64,000 nt of DNA from an uncultured Caulobacter sp. (GTDB lineage Bacteria; Pseudomonadota; Alphaproteobacteria; Caulobacterales; Caulobacteraceae), in NCBI GenBank assembly GCA_964442795.1, contig CAYTZY010000001.1, forward strand, positions 98,821 through 162,820, read 5' to 3'. Positions 8,750 to 20,823 of this stretch are shown piece by piece. A program made the translations under genes and the position numbers. The notes beneath the pieces were generated by a model. The model was not told the origin of the DNA. It ran no database searches and saw nothing but the letters and a program-made list of their open reading frames with translations. Each line of letters begins with the position of its first letter. The stretch's first letter is position 1.

Positions 8750-10867
8750 TTAGCCCACCATCTGGAGGAGGACGTCGTAGAGGTCCTTGCCGGCCTGGAC
8801 GAGCCTGGCCGAAGCGCTGAACGCCTGCTGGTAGGTCGTCATGCTGATCAGTTCCTGGTCGAGGTTGACCCCCTCGGCCGAGCTGCGCCGGGTGTCGGCC
8901 TCGGCGGCGACGGCCAGGGCGATTTCCTGGCGCGAGATGGCGTTCTCGGCCTTGCGGCCGATCGAGCCGGCGAACTCCGCGGCGTAGCGGGTGACGGTCA
9001 TGGAGCCCGCGGCCGAGCCGCCGACGGCGTCGAACCGGGTGATGGCCTCGCCCGCCGCGGCCAGCCGCTGGGCGCCGCGACCATCGCCGATGGCCAGGGC
9101 CGGGCGGCCGAGCGCGGCCTGGGCCGGATCGAAGGTCGCCAGCGCCAGCCGGGTCGGCGAGGCGGCGATGTCGCTGCGGACCTCGAAGCTGGTGACGCGC
9201 GCGGCCCGCTGGGCGTGGCCGACGCCGAACAGCTCCGACACCGACGGGCCGCCGGGGCCACGCGAGGTGTCGTCGTTGACGACCGAGACCGTCTGACCGG
9301 AGGTTCCGCCGAAGCTCAGGGCGCCGTCCGCGTCGAGCGTGAACTGTCCATACAGGCCGACGCCCCCGGCGCTGGCGTTCAGGGCGTTGAGCAGGTCCTG
9401 CATCGTGCCGCCGGCCGGCACGGCCACCGTGACGTCGCGGATCCTCGTTCCGTCCTTGCCCGCCACGCGCAGGGTCATGGTGTCGCCGGCCGTGAAGCCG
9501 TGCGGGTCCGTCGGGGTCAGGCCGGTCTCATAGTACGGATAGCCGCTGGACGCGACGAGGTCGTTCAGGCCGAAGAAGTGCGAGAAGCCCTTGCCGGCCC
9601 GTTCAGACGGCGTCGTCGCCGGATCGACCACGGCGACGCCGGCGCCTCCGTTCGCCGACAGGGTCAGGGCGCCGTTGGCGAAGCTGGCCGTGCCCTGTCC
9701 GCCCAGCTGGCCGTTCAGGGTGGCCATGAAGCTGGCCGGTGTGAAGCCGGTGGTGGTGACGCCGCCGTCGATGCTCATCGTGCCGGCGTCGAAGTCGATG
9801 TCCACCTGGCGGGAGACCACGCCGGCGGAGTCGACGATGACCACGCTGGTGCGACCACTGAAGCCGCCGATGGCGGTGGACAGGTCCATGCCGGTGTCGC
9901 GGCCGGTCAGGCTGGCCGGCGCCGGCACGGCCGAGGCGGCGTTGTGGGCGCGGTTCAGCTCGTCGACCGCGCGGGTGACGAATTCCGACAGCTGGTCGCC
10001 CAGCGCCGGCAGTTCGCTGTCGCGCAGATCGATCAGCCCGCGCAGCTCGCCGCTGGTGATGCGGGCGCGCAGCGACGGTTCACCGTTGGCGCCAGGCAGG
10101 GAGACGGTGATCTCGCCGGAGGCCCCGTCGGTGCGGACGTACTTCAGTTCCGCCGCGCCGCCGGCGCCGGCCAGGGCGTTGCCGTCCGAGGCCCGGATCA
10201 CGAAGCCGCCATTGGCGCGCGGCGTGACGCTGACGTCCATCAGGCCGGACAGCTCGTTGATCAGCTGGCTCTGGATGTTCTCGGGACCGGTAGCGTCGCC
10301 GCCCTGGATCATCGCCCGGCTGATGTCGCCGTTGAGATCGTCGATCTGCTTGAGCAGCTGGTTGGTGCGGTCGATGACCGCCCCGATGCGGTTGTCCGCC
10401 TCCACCGCCATCGCCTGCAGCGAGGTGGAGATGCGCGAGGCCTCGCTAAGGAAGTCGGTGACCCCGTCGATGGCCTGGTCGCGGCGGATCGAGGAGGCGG
10501 CGTCGGACGAGGCGGCGCTGAAGGCGGCGTACACGTCGTCAAGTCGCGTGAAGAAGGAATTGCTCTCGCCGGGATTGCCGAACAGCGCCTGGGCCCGGTC
10601 CATGGCCGTGGCGATGACGCCGGACTCTGCCGCCGAGGCGGTGGCGGTCAGCGCGGCGCGCTGCAGGAACTGGTCAGCGGCGCGACGGACCTGGGTGATG
10701 CTGACCCCGGCGCCCATGCCGCCGGACACCAGCGGAGCCTGTTCAACGACCTTGCGGACGTATCCGGGGGTGTTGATGTTGGCGATGTTGTCCGAGACCG
10801 TCCGCAGACCGGTCTGCGCGGCCATCAGGCCGGAGTTGGCGGACGAGAGGATCGCGGCGAGGCTCAT
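8750..10867 (-). CDS. flgK: Flagellar hook-associated protein 1
   Basis: SDNIANINTPGYVRK at the N-terminus; EGVNLDQELISMTTYQQAFSASAR at the C-terminus. Confidence 0.95.
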   Translation of the reverse strand: MSLAAILSSANSGLMAAQTGLRTVSDNIANINTPGYVRKVVEQAPLVSGGMGAGVSITQVRRAADQFLQRAALTATASAAESGVIATAMDRAQALFGNPGESNSFFTRLDDVYAAFSAASSDAASSIRRDQAIDGVTDFLSEASRISTSLQAMAVEADNRIGAVIDRTNQLLKQIDDLNGDISRAMIQGGDATGPENIQSQLINELSGLMDVSVTPRANGGFVIRASDGNALAGAGGAAELKYVRTDGASGEITVSLPGANGEPSLRARITSGELRGLIDLRDSELPALGDQLSEFVTRAVDELNRAHNAASAVPAPASLTGRDTGMDLSTAIGGFSGRTSVVIVDSAGVVSRQVDIDFDAGTMSIDGGVTTTGFTPASFMATLNGQLGGQGTASFANGALTLSANGGAGVAVVDPATTPSERAGKGFSHFFGLNDLVASSGYPYYETGLTPTDPHGFTAGDTMTLRVAGKDGTRIRDVTVAVPAGGTMQDLLNALNASAGGVGLYGQFTLDADGALSFGGTSGQTVSVVNDDTSRGPGGPSVSELFGVGHAQRAARVTSFEVRSDIAASPTRLALATFDPAQAALGRPALAIGDGRGAQRLAAAGEAITRFDAVGGSAAGSMTVTRYAAEFAGSIGRKAENAISRQEIALAVAAEADTRRSSAEGVNLDQELISMTTYQQAFSASARLVQAGKDLYDVLLQMVG

Positions 10868-10884
10868 GATGTTCTCGCGGTCAG

Positions 10885-10969
10885 CCCGGCAAAGCCTGAC
10901 GCGCGTACCGGCGCATTTTGCCGGGCCGATTCAGGCGCGGGCCTGCTGGTCGATGCTAAGCCATTGATA
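10885..10969. promoter_or_regulatory. Two ftr (FlbD) enhancers and an IHF site downstream of the flgK promoter
   Basis: CGGC-N7-GACG at 10887-10901; CGGC-N7-GCCG at 10909-10923; minus-strand TATCAA-TGGC-TTA (WATCAA-N4-TTR) at 10957-10969. Same layout as Caulobacter flaN. Confidence 0.7.
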
Positions 10970-11016
10970 ATCATAGACTTCGATTCCACGGGCCAGGTGA
11001 CCCGCTGAACAACAGC

Positions 11017-11031
11017 GCAAGGACGGCGCCA
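11017..11031 (-). promoter_or_regulatory. sigma54 promoter of flgK-flgL
   Basis: Minus strand TGGC-GCCGTCC-TTGC (-24/-12). Confidence 0.8.
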
Positions 11032-11169
11032 GAGCCGGGCGGGCGGCACTTCGCGCCCTATCGACCCGCTTGGGCCCGGCAAAAAACGTACCGAGGGCGC
11101 GGGAGAGTGGGTCGTCCGGAATTCAGAATATTCGAGCAAAAACAGTGTGTTGAGGCTGTTTCATCGACT

Positions 11170-11184
11170 TGGCCCGGCCGTTGC
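11170..11184 (+). promoter_or_regulatory. sigma54 promoter of fliK-flgD-flgE
   Basis: TGGC-CCGGCCG-TTGC, with an ftr-like CCCGGCAAAA about 95 bp upstream and an AT-rich IHF-like stretch between them. Confidence 0.8.
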
Positions 11185-11259
11185 TACCTGACTGACGAAT
11201 AATCCGGGCGCAGCAGGCGCCGATCGTCCAGTCACCGCCCAGAGGCGCTTCAGCCTGTC

Positions 11260-12957
11260 ATGACCGCGTTCGCGTCCAACATTCTCGCCGCCCTGCCGGG
11301 CTTCGGCGCCAGGTCCGGCGCCGACGGCGCCGTGACGGCTGACGGGAAGGGCGCCGGCGGCGCGTTCGAGGCGCTGATGGCGACGCTGAACTTCGGCGCG
11401 GCGACCGGGCCGGAGAGCCAGGATCCTGCCGCAACGCCGGCCTCGCCGACGCTCGCATTCGCATCGGGCGTCCGCGCCGTGACCGGCCTGGCCCGCGATC
11501 CGGCCGCGCAGGGGCTGCCGGTCGACGCCGCCGACGCCGCCGAGGCGGCGACCGAGGCTCCGGGCGCCGCCGACGGGCTGGCCGCGGCCGCCGCCGTGCT
11601 GGTCGCACCCACTCCCACGGCCTCCTTGAAGGTCGCCACGCCCGATAGCCGGCCGCAAGCCGCGCCGGCCGCCATTGTCGCCTCGCCCCGTCTGGCCGCG
11701 CAGACCGTCGTCGATCCCGCTGTCGGCGCCGAGATCGCGGATACCGGGCGCCCGGCGGTCGGCCAGCAGATCGCCCCGCCGCCTTCGCCCGCGCCGGACG
11801 CTGCCGCCAACGCCGCTGGATCGGACGCTTCCCCGTCGGCGGGGCGTGTCCTCGTCCTCCCTGAGGGCGAGCAGGCTCCGCAGGCGGTTGCTCCCGCCGC
11901 TGTCGCGTCGCCGCAATCCTTCTCGCCGGACGCCGTGGCCGAAGCCCCGCTCGCGCCGCCGCCGGCCCCGCCGATGGGCGCCGCGCCCCGCTCCGCGACC
12001 GAAGCGTTGACCAGCCTGATCGGCCGGGTCCTCGACGGCGCGCGCAGGCCCGAGAACGCCGCCGCCGTTCCCCCGACCGTGACCGAGGCCGCGCCGCCCG
12101 CCGACGCGCCGGTGGAGGTTGCCGTCGACGCGCCGGTCGAACTGACGCTCGAGGCCGCCCTTTCGCCCGAGACCCCGGTCGCGGCGGAGGCCGCGGTGGT
12201 CGAAACGCCCGCCGCGCCGGTCGCCGCCCCCGGCCGCCGCCCGACCCGCGCCGACGCCGCACGCGCCGAGGTCACCCGCGTCGAGGGCGCCGTTCCGGCC
12301 GTCGAGTCCGACACGCCCGAGGTGAAGATCGCCGCGCGCGCCGACGCCCGCGCCGTCGTTGACGTCGCGCCCGCGCCGACCGCCCGCCCTGAAGCGGCGC
12401 CCCTTCCGGCGCCGCTCGCCGACCTGGTCACCGAACCCGAACCGGCGACGCTCGACACGGCGGCGCCCGCGCCGACGCTGCAAGCCGCCGCCGAGCTTCC
12501 GGTCGAGGCCGCGTCGACGCGCGGCTCGCCCGAGACCGTCGCCCGCCTGGCGGCCGACATCGTCCGCAAGCTGGAGGGCCAGACCACCCGCTTTGACGTC
12601 CAGCTCGATCCGCTGGGCCTGGGCAAGGTCGACGTCAGCATCGAGATCAACGCCGACGGTCGCCTGAGCGCGTCCCTGTCGTTCGATTCCGCCCAGACCG
12701 CCGCCGACCTGCGCGGCCGGGCCGGCGAGCTGCGCCAGGCGCTGCAGAACGCCGGCTTTGACCTCGCCGACGGCGGCCTGTCCTTCGACATGAACAACCC
12801 GGGCGGCTCCGGCGGCCGGGAAGCGCGCGAAACGCTCGCCGCCTGGTCCAGCCGCGCCTTCGAGACCGCCCGGACCGGCCTTGAACAGGCCGAGGCCCTG
12901 GCCGCCCGCTCACCCTGGTCACGCACGCCGTCCGGCGGCGTCGACATCCGTATCTGA
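11260..12957 (+). CDS. fliK: Flagellar hook-length control protein
   Basis: Long Ala/Pro-rich region followed by the C-terminal domain FDVQLDPLGLGKVDVSIEI...ELRQALQNAGF; upstream of flgD. Confidence 0.88.
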   Translation: MTAFASNILAALPGFGARSGADGAVTADGKGAGGAFEALMATLNFGAATGPESQDPAATPASPTLAFASGVRAVTGLARDPAAQGLPVDAADAAEAATEAPGAADGLAAAAAVLVAPTPTASLKVATPDSRPQAAPAAIVASPRLAAQTVVDPAVGAEIADTGRPAVGQQIAPPPSPAPDAAANAAGSDASPSAGRVLVLPEGEQAPQAVAPAAVASPQSFSPDAVAEAPLAPPPAPPMGAAPRSATEALTSLIGRVLDGARRPENAAAVPPTVTEAAPPADAPVEVAVDAPVELTLEAALSPETPVAAEAAVVETPAAPVAAPGRRPTRADAARAEVTRVEGAVPAVESDTPEVKIAARADARAVVDVAPAPTARPEAAPLPAPLADLVTEPEPATLDTAAPAPTLQAAAELPVEAASTRGSPETVARLAADIVRKLEGQTTRFDVQLDPLGLGKVDVSIEINADGRLSASLSFDSAQTAADLRGRAGELRQALQNAGFDLADGGLSFDMNNPGGSGGREARETLAAWSSRAFETARTGLEQAEALAARSPWSRTPSGGVDIRI

Positions 12958-12964
12958 GGCTCCC

Positions 12965-13627
12965 ATGGTTGACGCTGTCAGCACCGGCAATTCCGTTCTC
13001 GACAAGATGGCCGACTCCCGCGGCCGGCTGGCCGACAGCGAGGAGACCTTCCTGGCGCTGCTGACCACGCAGCTGAAGAACCAGGATCCGCTGTCGCCGC
13101 TCGATTCCAACGAGTTCACCGCTCAGATCGTCCAGATGACCGGGGTCGAGCAGCAGCTGCTGACCAACGACCTCCTGGCCATGCTGGTGGGCATGAACGA
13201 CGGTGGCCTCGCCGGCTCGGTCAACCTGATCGGCAAGACCGTCACCGCCGCGACCGACGAGGCCACGCTGCAGGGCGGACAGTCCAGCTGGACCTATGAC
13301 ATCGACCGCGCCGCGACGAGCGTGAAGTACGAGGTGCTGAACTCGGCCGGCCAGACCGTGTTCTCCCGCACCGACACCGGCGTGGCCGCCGGCGAGGGCG
13401 CTTTCGAATGGGACGGCAAGACCACCCAGGGGACCCAGCTGCCCGACGGCGGGACCTACAGCCTGAAGATCACCGCCACCGGCTCCGGCGGCGAGACCAT
13501 CAACTCCAGCATCTACACCACCGGCGTCGCGACGGCGGTTGAAACCCTCAACGGCGAGACGGTCGTCAGCATCGGCAAGCTCAAGATCCCGCTCAGCGCG
13601 ATCTCGAGCGTGCAGCAGACCGTCTAG
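12965..13627 (+). CDS. flgD: Flagellar hook cap protein
   Basis: FLALLTTQLKNQDPLSPLDSNEFTAQ motif. Confidence 0.95.
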   Translation: MVDAVSTGNSVLDKMADSRGRLADSEETFLALLTTQLKNQDPLSPLDSNEFTAQIVQMTGVEQQLLTNDLLAMLVGMNDGGLAGSVNLIGKTVTAATDEATLQGGQSSWTYDIDRAATSVKYEVLNSAGQTVFSRTDTGVAAGEGAFEWDGKTTQGTQLPDGGTYSLKITATGSGGETINSSIYTTGVATAVETLNGETVVSIGKLKIPLSAISSVQQTV

Positions 13628-13663
13628 GCCACCAGAACCCCAGTGCAGGAAGGATAACCCTCC

Positions 13664-15094
13664 ATGAGCATCAACAGCGCCATGCTGGCCGGTGTCACCG
13701 GTCTGATCTCGAACTCGCAGTCCCTGGCGGCGATCTCGGACAACATCGCCAACGTCAACACCGTTGGCTACAAGCGCTCGCAGGCCAACTTCCAGACCCT
13801 GGTCAGCGGCCGCAACAGCGGGTCGTCCTACGCCGCCGGCGGCGTCACCGCCACGACCCGCCGGTTCATCACCACCCAGGGCCTGCCGACCCAGTCCAGC
13901 CGCAACACCGACCTGTCGATCTCGGGCAACGGCTTCTTCGTCGTGACGGAGAAGGCGGAGGACCTGACCGCCGCCGACGCCCGGTCGTTCACCCGCGCCG
14001 GTTCGTTCCAGCTCGACAGCCAGGGCTACCTGCGCAACGACGCCGGCCTCTATCTCCAGGGTTGGCTGACCGACGCTGACGGCGTGATCGCCACCGATCC
14101 CTCGGACATCACCCGGCTTCAATCGATCAACGTCTCGGCGGTCGGCGGCGCAGCCGAGCAGACCACCCGCGTCACGGTCAACGCCAACCTCGACGCCAGC
14201 CAGGACCTGTCGGCCGAGGTCACCGGCGGCACCTACGACCCGGCCACGAACTCGATGGCGATGTACGATCCCGATCTCGGCGTCGGCGTGAAGCCCGACT
14301 TCTGGATCCAGGTGCCGGTTTCCGATTCCAAGGGCGGCAAGCGCACGGTCCAGATCGACTTCCTGCGCAGCACCACGCCCAACCAGTGGTACGCCGAAGT
14401 GCGCGCGGTTCCCGCCAGCGACATCGAGGCCGGCGCCGGTCTGAGCAACGGCCAGCTGGCCGTCGGCATGGTGGCCTTCACGGAGGATGGCCGCCTCGAC
14501 ACCAGCGCCACCTTCACGCCGCCGCTGGCGCCGCTGTTCGCCGACTGGGATGAGCCGGTGATCAGCTTCGGCGCTTCGTCCGACGCCGCGCCCGGCGCCG
14601 GCGCGGTCAAGTGGGCCACGGGCCTTGGCATCGGCGACCAGGACATTCGTCTGGAACTGGGCGGCGCCGCCGGCGGCATCACCAGCTTCGACAGCGAAAG
14701 CATCCTGCAGTCGGTCAACACCAACGGCACCGCCTTCGGCAACCTGACCGACATCGAGATCGACGATCAGGGCTTCGTGACGGCGGTGTTCGACAACGGC
14801 ATCTCGCGCCAGATCGCCCAGGTGGCCATCGCCACCTTCCCCAACGCCGACGGCCTGATCCCGACCAACGGCAACGCCTATCGCGTCAGCAAGGACAGCG
14901 GCACCTACAACTTCAAGACCGCTGGCACCGGCGGGGCCGGCTATATCGCACCGTCCACGCTGGAGTCTTCGACCGTCGACCTGTCCAGCGAGTTTACCGG
15001 CCTGATCACCACGCAACGGGCCTACTCGGCGTCCTCGAAAATCATCACCACCGCAGATCAGATGCTTGAGGAGCTTCTGAACATCAAGCGATAG
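13664..15094 (+). CDS. flgE: Flagellar hook protein
   Basis: SDNIANVNTVGYK, FTRAGSF, LESSTVDLSSEFTGLITTQRAY. Confidence 0.96.
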   Translation: MSINSAMLAGVTGLISNSQSLAAISDNIANVNTVGYKRSQANFQTLVSGRNSGSSYAAGGVTATTRRFITTQGLPTQSSRNTDLSISGNGFFVVTEKAEDLTAADARSFTRAGSFQLDSQGYLRNDAGLYLQGWLTDADGVIATDPSDITRLQSINVSAVGGAAEQTTRVTVNANLDASQDLSAEVTGGTYDPATNSMAMYDPDLGVGVKPDFWIQVPVSDSKGGKRTVQIDFLRSTTPNQWYAEVRAVPASDIEAGAGLSNGQLAVGMVAFTEDGRLDTSATFTPPLAPLFADWDEPVISFGASSDAAPGAGAVKWATGLGIGDQDIRLELGGAAGGITSFDSESILQSVNTNGTAFGNLTDIEIDDQGFVTAVFDNGISRQIAQVAIATFPNADGLIPTNGNAYRVSKDSGTYNFKTAGTGGAGYIAPSTLESSTVDLSSEFTGLITTQRAYSASSKIITTADQMLEELLNIKR

Positions 15095-15102
15095 TCTTGA
15101 TA

Positions 15103-15185
15103 TTTAGGGGGCTTTAATTCAGATGTCTCACAATGAAACACCGACCTTAACTTGCGGTCGATGGTGGTTAAGCTACCTAAACCAT
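15103..15185 (+). promoter_or_regulatory. CtrA-dependent sciP promoter region
   Basis: TTTA-N7-TTAA at 15103-15117, plus TTAA half-sites near 15147 and 15168 in an AT-rich island. Confidence 0.55.
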
Positions 15186-15258
15186 CGCGCTTTACCGCAT
15201 GTTATTTCCAGTGGTGCATCTTCCTCCCCAACAGACTTGGTGAGAGAGGCGTAGAAGG

Positions 15259-15540
15259 ATGCTTCAGCAGCAGCGCGTGAACAGCAGAGGCGAGAAGTAC
15301 GTGATCGGTCCGACCGGCGCGCCGCTGACGCTGGGCGACCTGCCGCCGGCCAATACCGAGCGTTGGGTGATCCGGCGCAAGGCAGAGGTGGTGGCGGCCG
15401 TGCGGGGAGGGCTTCTGACCCTGGACGAGGCATGCGATCGCTATCGCCTCACCAACGAAGAGTTCCTGACCTGGCAGAAGTCGATCGACCGTCACGGTCT
15501 GGCCGGCCTGCGGACGACGAGGTTGCAGCAATACCGCTGA
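15259..15540 (+). CDS. sciP: CtrA inhibitor SciP (DUF1153)
   Basis: YVIGPTGAPLTLGDLPP...RWVIRRKAEVVAAVRGGLL...GLRTTRLQQYR; located between flgE and fliF. Confidence 0.96.
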   Translation: MLQQQRVNSRGEKYVIGPTGAPLTLGDLPPANTERWVIRRKAEVVAAVRGGLLTLDEACDRYRLTNEEFLTWQKSIDRHGLAGLRTTRLQQYR

Positions 15541-15575
15541 GTCACCTGCTCCCCCCCGGGGCTCAGCACACTGCG

Positions 15576-15612
15576 CGGCCGCGTTCCGGAACGGGACGCG
15601 GCCGTTGCATTT
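15576..15612 (+). terminator. Putative sciP terminator
   Basis: Hairpin CGGCCGCGTTCCG-GAA-CGGGACGCGGCCG followed by TTGCATTT. Confidence 0.55.
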
Positions 15613-15635
15613 GGATGACCACCCGGCGGCGCTCC

Positions 15636-15651
15636 TTAAGAGGGCGTTTAC
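15636..15651 (+). promoter_or_regulatory. CtrA box of the class II fliF promoter
   Basis: TTAA-GAGGGCG-TTTAC (TTAA-N7-TTAA with one mismatch), about 80 bp upstream of fliF. Confidence 0.75.
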
Positions 15652-15730
15652 CCTGCACCCGGTAATTCCTGCCTAGCAGCGCGGGTCTCCTTGGCCCGTC
15701 GCGACCTTGTTTGGGTAGGGGCGGTCCCGC

Positions 15731-17389
15731 GTGGAAAGGTTCATGAACGGCGTACGCGCCTTCGGGGTCGCCCGGCTCGCCGCCATGCTCGGCATCGGCG
15801 CGGCGTTGATCGCCGGCCTCATCTGGCTCGGCGCCACCCTGGGCGCCCAGCCCAAGTCGCTGCTCTATTCCAACCTCGACATGAAGGAAGCGTCCACCGT
15901 CGTCCAGGCGCTGGACCAGGCCGGCATCAGCTATGAGCTGAAGGGCGACGGGACCACGATCATGGTGCCGCGCGACAAGGTGGCTTCCACCCGGCTGATG
16001 ATCTCCGGCAAGGGTCTGGTGACCTCCGGGTCTGTCGGCTACGAAATCTTCGACCAGGGCGCCACGCTGGGCCAGACCGACTTTGTCCAGCAGCTGAACC
16101 GTCAGCGCGCGCTGGAAGGCGAACTGGCCCGCACCATCCGGTCCCTCGACGGCGTCACCTTCGCCCGCGTCCATCTGAACCTGCCGCGCCGCCAGCTGTT
16201 CGAGGAAGAGGCCGAGCCGCCCTCGGGCTCGGTGACCATCGGGGTGGGCGGCCGCAAGCCGACCGACGACCAGGTGCAGGCCGTCCAGAACCTGGTCGCC
16301 GGCGCCGTGCCGGGCCTGAAGGCCGAACAGGTCTCGATCATCGACCAGCACGGCAAGACGCTGTCGGTCGGCGGCTCCTCGATGACCAGCAAGCTGGCCG
16401 ACGATCGCAAGACCGAGGTCGAACGCAAGCTCGCCGCGCGGATCAAGGAACTGGTCGAGGGCGTGGTCGGGGTCGGCCGCTCGCGCGTCGAGGTCAGCGC
16501 CGACATCGACATGGCCCGCGTGACCGAGCAGGAAACCACCTACGACCCCGACGGCCAGGTCATCCGTTCCGAGCAGACCGGCGAGGAGAGCGCCCGGGAG
16601 TCGGAGGCCGGCGGAGCCGCCGGCGTGTCCGCCGCCGGCAACATCCCGGGGGCTGCCGACATCGGCGGCGCCGGCGGAGTCGGTTCGGCCAGCGGCCGCA
16701 ACGAGTCGACGACCAACTACGAGATCAGCAACAAGACCCGCACCGAGGTGCGCGAACCCGGCGCGATCAAGAAGATCTCCGTGGCGGTCGCCGTCGACGG
16801 CGTCACCGCCCCCGGCGCCGACGGAAAGCCCGGCGCCTACACGCCCCGCTCGGCCGAGGAGCTGGCGCGCCTGGACGAACTGGTGAAGGCCGCCGTCGGC
16901 TACGACACGACCCGGGGCGACACGGTGAAGGTCACCAACGTACGGTTCGCGCGGGAAGCGGTCGACACCACCGGCGGCGAGACCGGGTTGCTCGCCAGCT
17001 TCGACAAGAACGACATCATGCGGGCCGTCGAGCTGGCCGTGCTGGGCATCGTCGCGGTGCTGATCATGATCTTCGGCGTGCGACCGCTGCTCAAGAGCCT
17101 GGTGGCGGGCGGCGGCGGCCGCGGCGGACTGCCGGCCCTGGCGGGAGCCGGCGGCCAGGCCACGCGGCTGGTGACCACGCCTGAAGGCGCCCAGTACCAG
17201 ATCCCGGTCGATCCCTCGACCGGCGAGCCGCTCGCGCTGCCCGGTCCCGATCTTGACCAGCGTATCGACATCGCCCGGATCGAGGGTCAGGTCCGCGCGT
17301 CCTCCGTCAAGCGCGTGGCCGACTTCGTCGACAAGCACCCTGACGAATCCGTCTCGATCCTCCGCACCTGGCTGCACGAAACGACATGA
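15731..17389 (+). CDS. fliF: Flagellar MS-ring protein
   Basis: [22 protein letters not shown], two TM segments; GTG start. Confidence 0.96.
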   Translation: MERFMNGVRAFGVARLAAMLGIGAALIAGLIWLGATLGAQPKSLLYSNLDMKEASTVVQALDQAGISYELKGDGTTIMVPRDKVASTRLMISGKGLVTSGSVGYEIFDQGATLGQTDFVQQLNRQRALEGELARTIRSLDGVTFARVHLNLPRRQLFEEEAEPPSGSVTIGVGGRKPTDDQVQAVQNLVAGAVPGLKAEQVSIIDQHGKTLSVGGSSMTSKLADDRKTEVERKLAARIKELVEGVVGVGRSRVEVSADIDMARVTEQETTYDPDGQVIRSEQTGEESARESEAGGAAGVSAAGNIPGAADIGGAGGVGSASGRNESTTNYEISNKTRTEVREPGAIKKISVAVAVDGVTAPGADGKPGAYTPRSAEELARLDELVKAAVGYDTTRGDTVKVTNVRFAREAVDTTGGETGLLASFDKNDIMRAVELAVLGIVAVLIMIFGVRPLLKSLVAGGGGRGGLPALAGAGGQATRLVTTPEGAQYQIPVDPSTGEPLALPGPDLDQRIDIARIEGQVRASSVKRVADFVDKHPDESVSILRTWLHETT

Positions 17390-18411
17390 GCCGGAAAAGC
17401 AAAGCCATCGTCGATCCCAGCAAGCTGACCGGTCCCGAAAAGGCCGCGGTGGTGCTGCTGGCGCTCGGCGAGGATCACACCGCGATCTGGGAAGCGCTCG
17501 ACGAGGAGGAGATCAAGGAGGTCTCCCAGGCCATGGCGTCGCTGGGCAGCGTCGCCTCGTCGGCCGTCGAGGAACTGCTCGTCGAGTTCGTCTCGGGCAT
17601 GTCGGCCAGCGGCGCGATCATGGGCAGCTTCGAACAGACCCAGCGGCTGCTGCACAGCTTCCTGCCGCCCGAGAAGGTCGACGCCCTGATGGAGGAGATC
17701 CGCGGTCCGGCAGGTCGCACCATGTGGGACAAGCTGGGCAACGTGAACGAGGCGGTGCTCGCCAACTATCTGAAGAACGAATATCCCCAGACCGTCGCGG
17801 TGGTGCTCAGCAAGATCAAGGGCGACCACGCCTCGCGCGTGCTGGCGGCCCTGCCCGAGGACTTCGCGCTGGAGTGCGTGCAGCGGATGCTGCGCATGGA
17901 GCCGGTGCAACGCGAGATCCTCGACAAGATCGAGCAGACGCTGCGCACCGAGTTCATGTCCAACCTGGCGCGCACGTCCAAGCGCGACAGCCACGAGATG
18001 ATGGCGGAGATCTTCAACAACTTCGACCGGCAGACCGAGGCCCGCTTCATCGCCGCCCTCGAGGAGCGCAACCGCGAAAGCGCCGAGCGCATCCGGGCGC
18101 TGATGTTCGTCTTCGAGGACCTCGGCAAGCTCGACCCCGGCGGCGTCCAGACGCTGCTGCGCGCCGTCGAGAAGGACCAGCTGGCTCTGGCGCTCAAGGG
18201 CTCGTCGGACGCGCTGCGCGAGATGTTCTTCTCCAACATGTCCGAACGGGCCTCGAAGATCATGCGCGAGGACATGGAGAGCATGGGCCCCGTGCGCCTG
18301 CGAGACGTTGACCAGGCCCAGATGGCCATGGTCCAGGCCGCCAAGGACCTGGCCGCCAAGGGCGAGATCATGCTGGCCGGGTCCGGCGGCGACGATGAGT
18401 TGATCTACTGA
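17386..18411 (+). CDS. fliG: Flagellar motor switch protein
   Basis: [31 protein letters not shown]. Confidence 0.97.
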   Translation: MSRKSKAIVDPSKLTGPEKAAVVLLALGEDHTAIWEALDEEEIKEVSQAMASLGSVASSAVEELLVEFVSGMSASGAIMGSFEQTQRLLHSFLPPEKVDALMEEIRGPAGRTMWDKLGNVNEAVLANYLKNEYPQTVAVVLSKIKGDHASRVLAALPEDFALECVQRMLRMEPVQREILDKIEQTLRTEFMSNLARTSKRDSHEMMAEIFNNFDRQTEARFIAALEERNRESAERIRALMFVFEDLGKLDPGGVQTLLRAVEKDQLALALKGSSDALREMFFSNMSERASKIMREDMESMGPVRLRDVDQAQMAMVQAAKDLAAKGEIMLAGSGGDDELIY

Positions 18412-19070
18412 TGAGCACCTCCGCCCCCCGCCCGTTCGCGTTCGACACCGTCTTCGACGACGCAGGCTCGATCGCCTACCAGCCGCCGGTCCGCCGCAAG
18501 CACTACTCGGCCGAGGAGGTCGAGGCCGCCCGCGCCGAAGGCTTCGCCCAGGGCGAGCGCTCTGCCGTCGCCGAAGCGGAGGCGAAGGCCGCCGACGCCC
18601 TGGCCGACATCGCCCGCGCCGCGCGCGCCGCCCTGGGGGCGCTGCAGGGCGTGGCCCATGGTCACCGCGTCGACTCCGCGAACCTGGCCCTGGCCGCGGC
18701 GCGCCGCATCGCCGACGCCGCGCTGGACCGCTTTCCCGAGGCGCCGCTGGCCGCCGCGCTGGAAGCCCTGGCGCGAGAGCTGGAAGCGCAGCCCCGCCTG
18801 CTCGTCCGCGTCGCGCCGGAACTGCAGGAGCGGGTGCAGCTGGTCCTCAATCACACCGCCGAGGCGGTCGGCTTCGAGGGGCAGATCCTGGCCCGCGCCG
18901 AGCCCGGCATGCTGCCCGCTGCCTTCGTCCTGGACTGGGGCGACGGCAAGGCCGCCTTCGATCCGCAGGACGCGGCCCTCCGCGTGGCGGCCGCTCTCGA
19001 CGCGGCGCTCGCCGCCGAGGGCCTGCACGCCGAACCCCTTCTTTCCGCCAGCGAGACCGACGATGTCTGA
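18411..19070 (+). CDS. fliH: Flagellar assembly protein FliH (FlbE)
   Basis: Lies between fliG and fliN; [10 protein letters not shown]-terminus, [16 protein letters not shown]. Confidence 0.85.
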   Translation: MSTSAPRPFAFDTVFDDAGSIAYQPPVRRKHYSAEEVEAARAEGFAQGERSAVAEAEAKAADALADIARAARAALGALQGVAHGHRVDSANLALAAARRIADAALDRFPEAPLAAALEALARELEAQPRLLVRVAPELQERVQLVLNHTAEAVGFEGQILARAEPGMLPAAFVLDWGDGKAAFDPQDAALRVAAALDAALAAEGLHAEPLLSASETDDV

Positions 19071-19404
19071 CGAGACCCATCTCACGCTCGACGAGTTCGC
19101 CCCCGACGAGGGCCTGGCCACCGAAATGATGGTCAACCTGGACGACAAGACCGCCGCCGACCTGGCGCCTGTGTTTGACGTGCCGGTCCATATCTCCGCC
19201 GTGCTCGGCCGGGCCAGCCTGTCGGTCGCCCAGCTGCTGCACCTGGGCCAGGGCAGCGTCCTGGAGCTGGACCGCAAGGTCGGCGAGGCCATCGACATCT
19301 ACGTGAACAACCGCCTGGTCGCCCGGGGCGAGGTCGTCGTCGTCGACGACCGCCTCGGCGTGACCATGACCGAAATCATCAAGGACGGCGACACGAACGC
19401 CTGA
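19063..19404 (+). CDS. fliN: Flagellar motor switch protein
   Basis: [11 protein letters not shown]...[28 protein letters not shown]. Confidence 0.95.
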   Translation: MSDETHLTLDEFAPDEGLATEMMVNLDDKTAADLAPVFDVPVHISAVLGRASLSVAQLLHLGQGSVLELDRKVGEAIDIYVNNRLVARGEVVVVDDRLGVTMTEIIKDGDTNA

Positions 19405-19433
19405 TCGGCGCTCGTGTAGCAGGGAGATTACCG

Positions 19434-20801
<1,368 letters not shown>

Positions 20802-20823
20802 CCTCCGGCGCACCGAGTAACCC

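Noticed and set aside
10868-11259. flgK/fliK divergent control region as a novelty
   Set aside because: It matches the established Caulobacter sigma54/ftr/IHF architecture, so it is listed only as features.
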